In this document: piece after piece, positions 18,503 to 28,303 of the stretch
Numbering within the stretch: the first letter of the stretch is position 1
How the letters are laid out: each line of letters opens with the position of its first letter
Source: an uncultured Actinomycetota bacterium
GTDB lineage: Bacteria; Actinomycetota; Actinomycetes; JAHEKZ01
Reading direction: 5' to 3'
Assembly: GCA_963829525.1 (NCBI GenBank)
Contig: CAWHIJ010000003.1
Span: 2,208,001-2,272,000 of the forward strand
DNA length: 64,000 bases
Translations under genes and position numbers: made by a program
Notes under the pieces: model-generated
Databases searched by the model: none
What the model was told of the DNA's origin: nothing
The model's input: the letters and a program-made list of their open reading frames with translations, nothing else

Positions 18503-19945
18503 TCAGCTCTCGATGTTGGCCATGACGTGCTTGATCCGGGTGTAGTCGTCGAAGCCGTACATGGACAGGTCCTTGCCGTAGCCAGAGTGCTTGAAGCCTC
18601 CGTGCGGCATCTCGGCGACGAGCGGGATGTGCGTGTTGATCCAGACACAGCCGAAGTCAAGGTTCTTGGCCATCCGCATCGCGCGGCCAAAGTCCTTGGT
18701 CCAGACGCTCGAGGCGAGACCGTAGTCGACCCCGTTGCCGTACCGAAGCGCCTCGGCCTCGTCGGAGAACTTCTGGACGGTGATGACCGGGCCGAAGATC
18801 TCGCTCTGAATGACCTCGTCGTTCTGCGTCACGTCGGCGATGACGCTGGGCTTGACGAAGTAGCCGCGGTCACCGATCTTCTCACCACCTGCCGTCACCC
18901 GTGCGTGGTCTGGGAGCCGGTCGAAGAAGCCGAGCACCCGGTCGAACTGGGCAACGTTGTTGACAGGAGGAACCATGGCGTCCTCGTCGCCAGGTCCGTT
19001 CTCGTAGGTGGTCGCGGTGTTCAGCGCCTGCTCGGTGAGGGCGGCCACGAAGTCGTCGTAGACGCCAGGAGCCGCGAGCACGCGCGTCGCGGCTGTGCAG
19101 TCCTGGCCGGCATTGAAGTAACCGGCAACTGCGATCGCCTCAGCGGCCGCAGCGATATCAGCGTCGTCGAATACGATGACTGGCGCCTTGCCGCCGAGCT
19201 CGAGGTGCAGGCGCTTCAGGTCCTTGCTCGCCGACTCTGCGATCTGCATACCGGCCCGGGTCGAACCGGTGATCGAGATCAACCGTGGTGTCTTGTGGTC
19301 GACGAGTGCGCGGCCGGTGTCGCGGTCACCGGTGACCACGTTGAACACACCAGGCGGCAAGAACTCGGCGGCGATCTCAGCCATCCGCACCGTCGTGACT
19401 GGCGTGGTGTCCGATGGCTTGAGCACCGTGGTGCACCCAGCGGCAATCGCCGGGGCGAATTTCCAGACCGCCATCATCATCGGGTAGTTCCACGGCGAGA
19501 CCTGGCCGACGACACCGACCGGCTCACGACGAATCATCGACGTGTGCCCGGCCATGTACTCGCCAGCCGAACGACCCTCGAGGTTACGAGCTGCCCCGGC
19601 GAAGAACCTGAGCTGGTCGACCATCGGAGGAATTTCTTCGCTGGCGGTCAGCGCGAGCGGCTTTCCGGTGTTCTCACTCTCGAGGGCGATGAGCTCATCA
19701 GCATTGGCCTCGATGGCGTCGGCGAGCTTGAGCAAGGCCAACGAGCGCTCGGACGGGGTGCTGTCCCTCCATGTCTCGAAGGCGGTCGATGCGGCGGAGA
19801 AGGCACGATCGACGTCCTCGGCCGAGCTCTTTGCCGCCTGGGCGAAGACCTCCCCGGTGGTGGGATTGATGAGGTCCATCATCTGACCGTCGGCCGAGTC
19901 GACCGACTCGCCGTTGATGAAGTTGCGAATGACCCGGTCGCTCAC
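18503..19945 (-). CDS. Gamma-aminobutyraldehyde dehydrogenase (copy 2, PatD/YdcW-like)
   Basis: [47 protein letters not shown]. Confidence 0.87.
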   Translation of the reverse strand: MSDRVIRNFINGESVDSADGQMMDLINPTTGEVFAQAAKSSAEDVDRAFSAASTAFETWRDSTPSERSLALLKLADAIEANADELIALESENTGKPLALTASEEIPPMVDQLRFFAGAARNLEGRSAGEYMAGHTSMIRREPVGVVGQVSPWNYPMMMAVWKFAPAIAAGCTTVLKPSDTTPVTTVRMAEIAAEFLPPGVFNVVTGDRDTGRALVDHKTPRLISITGSTRAGMQIAESASKDLKRLHLELGGKAPVIVFDDADIAAAAEAIAVAGYFNAGQDCTAATRVLAAPGVYDDFVAALTEQALNTATTYENGPGDEDAMVPPVNNVAQFDRVLGFFDRLPDHARVTAGGEKIGDRGYFVKPSVIADVTQNDEVIQSEIFGPVITVQKFSDEAEALRYGNGVDYGLASSVWTKDFGRAMRMAKNLDFGCVWINTHIPLVAEMPHGGFKHSGYGKDLSMYGFDDYTRIKHVMANIES

Positions 19946-20009
19946 GTGCTCTCCTCGTTCGGGGGTGGGACAACGGTTTTCCTTACCCTAGCCCTGGACC
20001 GCCGGAAAC

Positions 20010-20071
20010 GACAGAGTTGACCGAGATCAGATACTGATTTCGTCGCCGCTACATCATTTCTCGACGGAATC
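20010..20071. promoter_or_regulatory. Putative operator (GATTTCGTCG-N16-CGACGGAATC) in divergent promoter
   Basis: Lies immediately upstream of TTGCCT-N17-CAGGAT (20074-20102), the putative lrp promoter. Confidence 0.6.
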
Positions 20072-20108
20072 ACTTGCCTTGAACGGCAAAAGGCGACAGG
20101 ATGCGCCA

Positions 20109-20594
20109 ATGGTCAGCCGCGACCGCGTCTCTGAACGCAGCAATGGTGCCGTCCTCGACGATGTGTCGAAGGCGATCATCGAGCAGCTGCAGGAGGACGG
20201 ACGCCGACCCTACTCGGCGATCGGCAAGGCCGTCGGGCTCTCGGAGGCAGCGGTTCGCCAGCGCGTACAGCGACTCCAGGAGACCGGCGTCATGCAGATC
20301 GTGGCTGTCACCGATCCGCTCTCTGTGGGATTTCCGAGAGCGGCCATGATCGGGGTGAGGGTGGAAGGCGACATGGAACACGTCGCCGACGCGCTCGCGG
20401 CCATGTCCGAAGTCGACTACGTCGTCATCACCGCAGGTTCCTACGACATTCTCGTCGAGGTAGTTTGCGAGGACGATGACCACTTGCTCGACGTGATCAA
20501 CCGTCAGATCCGGGCGATCCCCGGCGTCAGGCACACCGAGAGCTTCGTCTACCTCAAGCTCCGTAAACAGATCTACTCCTGGGGAACCCGATGA
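20109..20594 (+). CDS. Lrp/AsnC family transcriptional regulator
   Basis: LDDVSKAIIEQLQEDGRRPYSAIGKAVGLSEAAVRQRVQRL HTH; GSYDILVEV. Confidence 0.92.
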   Translation: MVSRDRVSERSNGAVLDDVSKAIIEQLQEDGRRPYSAIGKAVGLSEAAVRQRVQRLQETGVMQIVAVTDPLSVGFPRAAMIGVRVEGDMEHVADALAAMSEVDYVVITAGSYDILVEVVCEDDDHLLDVINRQIRAIPGVRHTESFVYLKLRKQIYSWGTR

Positions 20595-21988
20595 GCACAT
20601 CACCGCAATACGTCAATGAGCCAGGCGACGACCGCCTCGCCGAAAGCGCCCGCGATCACCTGTGGATGCACTTCACTCGTCACTCCACATTCGACGAAGG
20701 TGGCCACGTCCCTGTCATCACCCGTGGCGACGGCGCCTACGTCTGGGACGACCAGGGCAACAAGTACCTGGACGGCCTCGCGGGCCTATTCGTCGTTCAG
20801 GTCGGCCACGGTCGCACCGAGCTGGCCGAGGTCATGGCCAAGCAGGCGTCTGAACTCGCATTCTTTCCGCTGTGGTCCTATGCCCATCCGCCGGCGATCG
20901 AACTCGCGGACCGGCTCGCAGAGCTTGCACCTGGCGACCTCAACCGCGTCTTCTTCACCTCAGGTGGTGGTGAGGCCGTCGAGAGCGCGTGGAAGTTGGC
21001 CAAGCAGTACTTCAAGATGACCGGCAAGCCAATGAAGCACAAGGTGATCAGCCGGTCGATCGCCTACCACGGTACGCCCCACGGGGCGCTCTCCATCACC
21101 GGAATCCCGGATGCCAAGAAGTATTTCGAGCCCCTCGTTCCGACCGGGATCAAGGTGCCAAACACCAACTTCTATAGGGCGCCTGAGCACGGTGACGACA
21201 TCAACGCATTCGGGCAGTGGGCCGCCAACCGGATCGCCGAGGCGATCGAGTTCGAAGGTCCAGAGACCGTCGCTGCTGTCTTCCTCGAGCCGGTGCAGAA
21301 CTCCGGTGGGTGTTTCCCGCCGCCACCTGGATATCTCGAGCGCGTCCGCGAAATCTGCGACGAGTACGACGTGCTCTTCGTCTCCGACGAAACCATTTGC
21401 GCGTACGGTCGCATCGGCGACTACTTCGCGACCAAGCGATACGGCGTGACCCCCGATATCATCACATCGGCCAAGGGACTCACCTCCGGCTACGCACCCC
21501 TGGGCGCGATGATCGTCAGCGACCGGCTCTTCGAGCCCTTCCGTCATGGCCAGGAGTACTTCGCCCATGGCTACACGTGGGGCGGTCACCCGGTCGCGGC
21601 CGCTGTTGCCCTCGCCAACCTCGACATCTTCGAGCGTGAAGGCATCAACGAGCACGTACGGGCCAACGAGGGAGCCTTCCGTTCGACACTGGAGAAGCTC
21701 ACCGACCTGCCGATCGTCGGCGACGTACGCGGTGACGGTTACTTCTACGGCATCGAGCTGGTCAAGGACAAGAAGACGAAGGAGACCTTCGACGACGACG
21801 AAGCTGAGAGACTGCTCCGCGGCTTCTTGTCGAAGGCGCTCTTCGACGCCGGGCTCTACTGCCGTGCTGACGACCGTGGCGATCCCGTCATCCAGCTGGC
21901 GCCGCCGTTGATCGTCGGCCAGAAGGAGTTCGACCAGATCGAGTCGACGCTCCGCTCGGTCCTGACCGAAGCCTGGGCGATGCTGTAG
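20591..21988 (+). CDS. Class III aminotransferase (putrescine / omega-amino acid:pyruvate type)
   Basis: YLDGLAGL, SGGGEAVE, YHGT, SDETICAYGR, SAKGLTSGY; ATGA overlap with lrp. Confidence 0.87.
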   Translation: MSTSPQYVNEPGDDRLAESARDHLWMHFTRHSTFDEGGHVPVITRGDGAYVWDDQGNKYLDGLAGLFVVQVGHGRTELAEVMAKQASELAFFPLWSYAHPPAIELADRLAELAPGDLNRVFFTSGGGEAVESAWKLAKQYFKMTGKPMKHKVISRSIAYHGTPHGALSITGIPDAKKYFEPLVPTGIKVPNTNFYRAPEHGDDINAFGQWAANRIAEAIEFEGPETVAAVFLEPVQNSGGCFPPPPGYLERVREICDEYDVLFVSDETICAYGRIGDYFATKRYGVTPDIITSAKGLTSGYAPLGAMIVSDRLFEPFRHGQEYFAHGYTWGGHPVAAAVALANLDIFEREGINEHVRANEGAFRSTLEKLTDLPIVGDVRGDGYFYGIELVKDKKTKETFDDDEAERLLRGFLSKALFDAGLYCRADDRGDPVIQLAPPLIVGQKEFDQIESTLRSVLTEAWAML

Positions 21989-22003
21989 GACGCACTGCCC
22001 GAT

Positions 22004-22043
22004 GAGAAGGGGTCCGCGGCCTGCTGGCGGCGGACCCCTTCTC
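22004..22043 (+). terminator. Hairpin after aminotransferase
   Basis: GAGAAGGGGTCCGC ... GCGGACCCCTTCTC 14-bp stem. Confidence 0.65.
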
Positions 22044-22099
22044 CTACCCCCACCGCGTCACACCCCCACCGGCCAGTTCTGACTCACATCGAGGACATC

Positions 22100-22771
22100 A
22101 TGACCGAAACCGCCCTTCCGGCCCCTGGCTCCACCGATCGCACCACTGTTCGGCGCATCCCCGAGAAGACCGTCAACGACCGGGCCACCGGCTACGCGAT
22201 CTTGGACGCCGGCTTCGTCGCTCACGTCTCCGTCGTCGATGACGGCGGACAGCCCTACGTCTTGCCTGTTGGATACGCGCGCGACACAGACCGTGTGCTC
22301 TTCCACGGCTCCACGGGGAGCCGTCTCTTCCGGGGTCTTGCCGAAGGCCAACCCATGTGTCTGACCGTCACCCTGCTCGATGGAATGGTCCTGGCACGAT
22401 CGACCTTCGAGTCGTCGATGAACTACCGCGGCGTGATGGTTCTTGGCGCTGCCACCGTGCTCGAAGGCGACGACAAGGACCACGCACTCGAGGTCATCAC
22501 CGAGCACCTGCTTCCGGGACGCTGGAGTGAGGCGCGCCACCCCAACAAGAAGGAGCTCGCCGCAACGCTCGTCTTGGCTCTCGATCTCACGGAGATGTCG
22601 GTCAAGGTCTCCGAAGGTCCGCCCGAAGACGAGGAGGACGACATCACACGCCCCATCTGGGCGGGGGTGGTTCCGATCGTTGAGGCGTTCGGCGAGCCCG
22701 AGTCAGCGCCTGATCTCGTTGAGCCGTACCGCGTCCCCGACTACGTCCAGTCCTGGAGTCGGGCACGATGA
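22100..22771 (+). CDS. Pyridoxamine 5'-phosphate oxidase-like flavin-nucleotide-binding protein (NimA family)
   Basis: PYVLP, FHGSTGSR, VTLLDGMVLARSTFESSMNYR, WAGVVP. Confidence 0.82.
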   Translation: MTETALPAPGSTDRTTVRRIPEKTVNDRATGYAILDAGFVAHVSVVDDGGQPYVLPVGYARDTDRVLFHGSTGSRLFRGLAEGQPMCLTVTLLDGMVLARSTFESSMNYRGVMVLGAATVLEGDDKDHALEVITEHLLPGRWSEARHPNKKELAATLVLALDLTEMSVKVSEGPPEDEEDDITRPIWAGVVPIVEAFGEPESAPDLVEPYRVPDYVQSWSRAR

Positions 22772-22889
22772 AGGGAGGCGGCCACCCCTGGCTCTCGCCG
22801 GTTGCACCAGTCGACGCCGAATCCGGCTGGACAGATCCTGGTGCGACGCTCGCGTGGGCCGTCCCCCTCGGTCAGCCCGCGTCGACCAG

Positions 22890-23867
22890 CTAGCTGCCTG
22901 CTTGCCAGAGGTCGGCAGCCACCAGCTCGGCCACCGTCAGCTCGGCCAGGAGCCGGACGTCCTCGTCGTCGTCGTGCCGGTAGCGCACGACGTGGTCAGC
23001 GCCGTCGACCGGAGCTCCAGCCGCTACGACGGTCGACCCCCGCTCGCGGGTCCATCTCAGCAGCTCGTCCTCGTACCGGCTGCCCGGAAGCAGCAGCATC
23101 CGATAGTCCTGCGTCTTGGTCAGGTAGACGTCGACATGGCTCCACTCCCCTGTCTCCGAAGACAGTGCCGGGCGTCGCGGCCCCTCGCGGAGCATGAGCG
23201 CCGACTGTTGGGCGTTTCCGAGCCTGCGGAACGGCGCGACGACAGCGGTCACGTCGGGGCCGGCCAATCGCTCGACGGTTTCCGGCAACCAGCCGACCCG
23301 ACGGTCGAGGAGATCCTGCGTTGCTTCAACAGTCCGGCCGAGAATCGCCAGCAGATCGCGCTCGACACCGGTGAACTTGGCCTCCAACGCCAGGAGCAGC
23401 ACCTGAGTGTTGGTGTAGGAGCGGCACGACACTCCACCGCGCTCCGGACCTGCGTGCATGAGGACTGTGCTGTCTGCGACTTCGGTGAGCGGAGACCCCT
23501 CTTCATTGGTGATGACGAATACCGGCGACTGCCCGGCATATTGGCTCACCGCGTCCAGTGTTTCGCGCGACCGCCCCGAAGCAGAAATGGCAATCACGAG
23601 CTGTTCGGTGTCCGGTGGCGGCAGGAGCTCAGAAGATGCGAGCTCGGCCACCGCGTCGACCCCGTGGGCTCTGAGCCTGGCTGCGGCAACCCCGGCGGCA
23701 AACGTCGACGATCCCATGCCCAGCAGAAGGACCTGCCCGATGTCGTCTGGGACCTCCGACCACGGGTCGTCGGTGACCAGGACGCGTTGCAGGTCGCGTA
23801 ATACCGCGGGTCGTGTCTCAACATCGGCGGCAAAGAGTTGCGGATCCACGGTTCTCCTGAGCGTCAC
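22890..23867 (-). CDS. SIS-domain sugar-phosphate isomerase/deaminase
   Basis: LLGMGSS, AISASGRSRET, ITN; second SIS-like ALMLREGP...ETGEWSH. Confidence 0.78.
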   Translation of the reverse strand: MTLRRTVDPQLFAADVETRPAVLRDLQRVLVTDDPWSEVPDDIGQVLLLGMGSSTFAAGVAAARLRAHGVDAVAELASSELLPPPDTEQLVIAISASGRSRETLDAVSQYAGQSPVFVITNEEGSPLTEVADSTVLMHAGPERGGVSCRSYTNTQVLLLALEAKFTGVERDLLAILGRTVEATQDLLDRRVGWLPETVERLAGPDVTAVVAPFRRLGNAQQSALMLREGPRRPALSSETGEWSHVDVYLTKTQDYRMLLLPGSRYEDELLRWTRERGSTVVAAGAPVDGADHVVRYRHDDDEDVRLLAELTVAELVAADLWQAGS

Positions 23868-25208
23868 GCTTGGGGAAACAGCGCCTGCAGCGCCTGGTCA
23901 GGCACGTAGCGCCACCGCGGCAGGTGCCGCACAGCGTAGAGGAACTCCCTGCACTCCTGCTCGACCTGGAAGGGGCGCAAGAGCCTCTCGTCCAGTAGCT
24001 GGGGACGACCCCTCTCGGAGAGACGCTTTCGGTAGGCGCCGAGGAACCGAGCCTGCGCCTCGGAAATCCAGACGCTCACCAGGCGGGCGTCTGCCCCTTT
24101 CACCCGGTGCAGGACGACGCGTCCCACGTGGTCGATCGACTGCAGCATGCCCGCCACATCGCGGGCCGCCGGCTGCGGAAGAAGCCGCAGTGCCACGGGG
24201 AGCACCGGGTTGCCGTCGAAGTCGCCAACCGCATAGCCGCCGTCCCACCGCAGGACTTGGCCGATGTGCAGGTCGCCGTGCACAGGGATGGTCATCGTGT
24301 CGGTGACCTCGCCGAACGCGTCGAAGACGTCCTCCATCTGCCCTTTGAGCTCCACCAGACGCGCGCCCTCGTCACCGTCGACAGACCCCACCGCCTCATC
24401 GAGCAGGGAGCGGGCCAGCTGGCGCCACTCGTCGACATCGGTGACCCCTGCCGGCTGCATCGGGTTGGGCATCACCTCCGTCGGTGTCGCCATTGCTGCG
24501 TGCATGTCCGCGACAACGGTGCCGACGACTTCGAGCGCAACGATCGAGTCATCGAGATCGCCGCCCCTCGCTGCAAAGTCACCGGCGTCGAGCACTGCCC
24601 AGGTCCAGCCGTCACTCGCCCCGGGAAGGAATTGCCCGACCGAAGCGATGAGCACGTCCCGCCGGCCGTCGGCCCACGTCACAAACCCCCAAGGCCGCGG
24701 CATCTCAGTGAAGCCAGCCATCGTCAGGTGAGCGATCAACGCCGGCGCCGGCGTCGGCTCAGCGTGCACGGCCCACTTGACCACTGCCGCTTCTCCGACG
24801 ACGACCGACTCATGAGTCTGGTCGACATCCATCGCTCGCTCGTCGGTCCCGGGTCGCACCGCTTCACCCACACCGCGGAACGAGTGAGGTGATCGAGAAC
24901 CCGACATCTCCCAGCCGTCCGCCAACGGCCAGCAGATGCGCCAGCGTCGCCGCAGCTCCGTCGCCGGGAGTCGCCCGAACCAAGGACCCGTCGGCTACTC
25001 GGAAGGGGGCCGCCAGCAGTTGGTCGGCACCGTGGCTGAAGGCGCCGACCCAATGATCCTCGGACAGTCGAGTGGCCCCAACCAGCAAGAGGGCATCCGG
25101 CATCGGCAGGCCTTCAGCGCGACGAAGCTCTGGCAGCAGCTGGCTCGGGTCGGTCGCGGCAGCGAGGGCGGCGAGCTTCTCAAAGCTCGACAGGTCAGGT
25201 TCGGTCAC
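23864..25208 (-). CDS. Actinobacterial glucosamine-kinase-like / maltokinase-like phosphotransferase (frameshift near 24885)
   Basis: ERAMDVDQTHESVVVG..VVKW, HGDLHIGQVL, DFDGNP, RDVAGMLQSID; N-terminal half in ORF 24864-25208. Confidence 0.7.
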
Positions 25209-26511
25209 GATGCTGCTGCGCCACCTGCTCGATCACGTCGGCCGCGCGCTCCTTGCCTCGACGCCCTCGGATCGCAGCACCCATGGCGTCCATGCGGGAT
25301 CGCAGCCCGGTGTCGGCAAGGAGCTCGTCGACGGCTCCAGCCAGTTCGTCCTCGGTGAAGGCGTAGGTACGGAGTCGGCGTCCGAAGCCCAGCTCGTCCA
25401 TCCGCTGCGCGTTGTCGTACTGGTCCCAGAACAACGGAAGAAGGACCATGGGCTTGCCGAAGTGCAGTGCCTCCGTCGTCGTGTTGTTCCCCCCATGGGT
25501 GATGACCAGGTCGACCAGGGGCATCAGCGAAGTCTGCGGCAAGAACTCCGCACCCCACATGTTGTCGGCCAGCTCGTACTCGGTGTGCTGAGGTCCCTTA
25601 CTCACGATGAACCGGTGTCGGGTCGTCCCGAGAACATCGATCAGACGCTTCATCAGGTCGACGTCAGCGCTGCCCAGAGATCCGAGGGAGAGGTAGATGA
25701 GCCCTGACCCGCTCGGTCGGTCGGCCAGCTGCTCCGGCACCTCGAACGGCTCGTCGGTCGAGCGAACACTGGAGTCAAGCCGATGCCACGTCGCGTCGAG
25801 CGGACGTCGATCGACATAGTCGGCCTCTTCGGGGAACACGTAGAGGTTGGCGTGCTCGGAGACAGGCATGAAGTCGAGGTCGGGCAGCGGATCTGCACCG
25901 CACGAGACGACGAAGGCGTTGAAGTCAGTCCACATGTCTCGGTGGGTGCGCTCATACTCCGCACGAAAGGCAGGCCAGTCGCTGTCGTCCTTGGCCGGAA
26001 GGCCGGAGAAGGTCGGTGCGATGCCAGGGCCCTTCACCTCCAGTGGGTTGCAGCTGACGATGCGCACGAAGGGAGCATCGGCCGTTGTCAGTGCCGGGAA
26101 GATCACAACATTGTCTTCGACGATGACGTCGGGCTGCTGCCTGGCGACGATCTCACGCAGGTGTGGTTCGCAGTACTTCGCTCCGTCGATCAGCGCCTGG
26201 TAGGTAGGCGCGATGAACGTCTCCAGCTGGTCGACGGTCGGCTTGCGGAACTCCGGCGAAGTCTCCCGGATGAACTCCTTCCAGAACGCGCCAGGGTCAG
26301 CGTCGTCGCCTCCTTCAGGAGCAGGGGCAAGGTCGACGAGGTCTTCGACAAAGCCCAGCGGTTCGAGCTTTCCCTTCCAGCTCGCTTCGGCTGCGAACAC
26401 CACTCGATGTCCGCGCTCGAGCAGCACGTTGCCGATGCCGATGCAGTTTCCCGTCGGTCCGTAGGCGGACTCGGGCAGGAAGAGGACGGTCAGTTGGCGG
26501 TCGGTCATCAC
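25195..26511 (-). CDS. GT1 family glycosyltransferase (MGT/UGT-like)
   Basis: YLSLGSLG, FLPQ...LVITHGGNNTTTEALHFGKPMVLLPLFWDQYDNA (UDPGT signature). Confidence 0.85.
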   Translation of the reverse strand: MMTDRQLTVLFLPESAYGPTGNCIGIGNVLLERGHRVVFAAEASWKGKLEPLGFVEDLVDLAPAPEGGDDADPGAFWKEFIRETSPEFRKPTVDQLETFIAPTYQALIDGAKYCEPHLREIVARQQPDVIVEDNVVIFPALTTADAPFVRIVSCNPLEVKGPGIAPTFSGLPAKDDSDWPAFRAEYERTHRDMWTDFNAFVVSCGADPLPDLDFMPVSEHANLYVFPEEADYVDRRPLDATWHRLDSSVRSTDEPFEVPEQLADRPSGSGLIYLSLGSLGSADVDLMKRLIDVLGTTRHRFIVSKGPQHTEYELADNMWGAEFLPQTSLMPLVDLVITHGGNNTTTEALHFGKPMVLLPLFWDQYDNAQRMDELGFGRRLRTYAFTEDELAGAVDELLADTGLRSRMDAMGAAIRGRRGKERAADVIEQVAQQHRDRT

Positions 26512-26676
26512 AGCTCCTCAGTGCGACGTGCGGGGTTCTGCGTGGGGCGGTCCTACACGAGTGCCCCGCGGCATCATGGCACCGGTGGCTTGTTACGACG
26601 CCCAGGACGCGCCAGCCCCAAGGGCCATGATGGAGTAGGTCTCTCACCTGCCACCTCCCCCAGAGAGGAACTACCC

Positions 26677-27030
26677 GTGCCCACACCGCTCCTGGTTGCC
26701 AACGCCTACGCCGAGCTTTCCGCCGACCTCGAGGACTGGGGCCTACGTGACGGAGCCGATGTGGGTGAGCCGCAGATGAGTGGCCGCATCTTCTACGAGG
26801 GAAATGGCGTCCAGATCGGGGTCTGGGAGTGCACCCCCGGCGGCTGGGCGATCCAGAGTCGTCCCGACCACGAGACCGTCCAGATCCTTTCCGGCCGGGC
26901 TCGGCTCAGCGATGCCGACGGCGCATCGGTCGAACTTACGGCCGGCGATGTCGTCACGCTGCCCAAGGGCTGGTCTGGCCGCTGGGACATCCTGGAGACT
27001 GTGCGCAAGCTCTATTTCATCACCGGGTAG
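26677..27030 (+). CDS. Cupin domain protein (DUF861/EutQ-like)
   Basis: GVWECTPG, ETVQILSG, AGDVVTLPKGWSGRW..RKLY; GAGGA SD before GTG. Confidence 0.8.
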   Translation: MPTPLLVANAYAELSADLEDWGLRDGADVGEPQMSGRIFYEGNGVQIGVWECTPGGWAIQSRPDHETVQILSGRARLSDADGASVELTAGDVVTLPKGWSGRWDILETVRKLYFITG

Positions 27031-27058
27031 TTCGCGCGCCTTGGTCCTCCGGTGGTAT

Positions 27059-27070
27059 ATTGGATCCAAT
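27059..27070. promoter_or_regulatory. Palindromic putative GntR operator ATTGGATCCAAT
   Basis: Perfect 12-bp palindrome 27 nt before the acyl-CoA dehydrogenase; near copy at 30133. Confidence 0.55.
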
Positions 27071-27096
27071 CTTCCCGTCCACTGCTGGGAGCCCCC

Positions 27097-28263
27097 ATGC
27101 CGGTCCGTCCGCTCGACCTGATCGCCACCGACACCCTCCTCGATGACGAAGAGCGGGCCATCCGCGACACCGTTCGCCAGTTTGGTGACGACCGGCTCCG
27201 TCCGCACGTCTCAGGGTGGTTCGAGGCCGGCACGATCCCCGCCCGCGAGATTGCCCGCGAGCTCGGGGGGCTCGGCGTCCTGGGCATGCACCTGGAGGGG
27301 TACGGCTGCGCCGGCACCAGCGCCGTTGCCTACGGCCTGGCCTGCATGGAGCTAGAGGCGGTGGACTCCGGAATCCGCTCGCTCGTGAGCGTCCAGGGGT
27401 CGCTGGCGATGTTCGCGATCTGGAAGTGGGGAACGGAGGAGCAGAAGCAGCAGTGGCTGCCGGGCATGGCGGCCGGAGAGAAGATCGGCTGCTTCGGTCT
27501 CACCGAGCCCGACTTCGGGTCGAACCCCTCCGGCATGCGCACCTCGGCCAAGCGGGACGGCACCGACTGGGTGCTCAACGGCACCAAGATGTGGATCACC
27601 AACGGAGCGGTCGCTGACGTCGCCGTCGTCTGGGCACAGACCGAAGACGGCATCCGCGGCTTCGTCGTCCCGACCGATTCTCCAGGGTTCAGTGCACCCG
27701 TGATCAAGAGCAAGCTCAGCCTGCGCGCGTCCATCACCAGCGAGCTCGTCCTCGAGAACGTTCGACTTCCCGAGTCGGCGGTCTTCCCTGACGTCACCGG
27801 GCTCAAAGGTCCACTCTCGTGCCTTTCGGAGGCTCGTTTCGGGATCGTCTTCGGCGTCGTGGGGGCAGCCCGTGACTGCCTGGAGACGGCGATCGACTAC
27901 GCGGTCAACCGTGAGCAGTTCGACAAGCCGATCGCCGGGTTCCAGCTCACCCAGAAGAAGCTCGCCGACATGACTGTCGAGCTCGACAAGGCATTCCTGC
28001 TTGCGCTGCACCTTGGCCGACTCAAAGACTCCGGGGTGATCCGGCCCGAGATGGTCTCGGTGGGCAAGCTCAACAACGTGCGCGAGGCGATGGCCATCGC
28101 CCGTGAGTCACGCACCATCCTGGGCGCGAACGGCATCACCTTGGAGTACCCCGTGCTGCGCCACGCCAACAATCTCGAGTCGGTGCTCACATATGAGGGG
28201 ACCGAAGAGATCCACACACTGGTCATTGGCCAGGCCGTCACCGGCATCGCCGCCTACCGATAG
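27097..28263 (+). CDS. Acyl-CoA dehydrogenase (glutaryl-CoA dehydrogenase-like)
   Basis: DSGIRSLVSVQGSL, CFGLTEPDFGS, NGTKMWITNG, TYEGT. Confidence 0.85.
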   Translation: MPVRPLDLIATDTLLDDEERAIRDTVRQFGDDRLRPHVSGWFEAGTIPAREIARELGGLGVLGMHLEGYGCAGTSAVAYGLACMELEAVDSGIRSLVSVQGSLAMFAIWKWGTEEQKQQWLPGMAAGEKIGCFGLTEPDFGSNPSGMRTSAKRDGTDWVLNGTKMWITNGAVADVAVVWAQTEDGIRGFVVPTDSPGFSAPVIKSKLSLRASITSELVLENVRLPESAVFPDVTGLKGPLSCLSEARFGIVFGVVGAARDCLETAIDYAVNREQFDKPIAGFQLTQKKLADMTVELDKAFLLALHLGRLKDSGVIRPEMVSVGKLNNVREAMAIARESRTILGANGITLEYPVLRHANNLESVLTYEGTEEIHTLVIGQAVTGIAAYR

Positions 28264-28303
28264 GCAACCACACCGCGCGACGACGCTCCGGGACTGGACC
28301 CGC

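Noticed and set aside
18488-20020. Long antisense ORFs (e.g. 18488-20020, 7709-9043, 22443-23801, 2940-4151)
   Set aside because: Shadow frames of high-GC genes; no recognisable motifs or translation signals.
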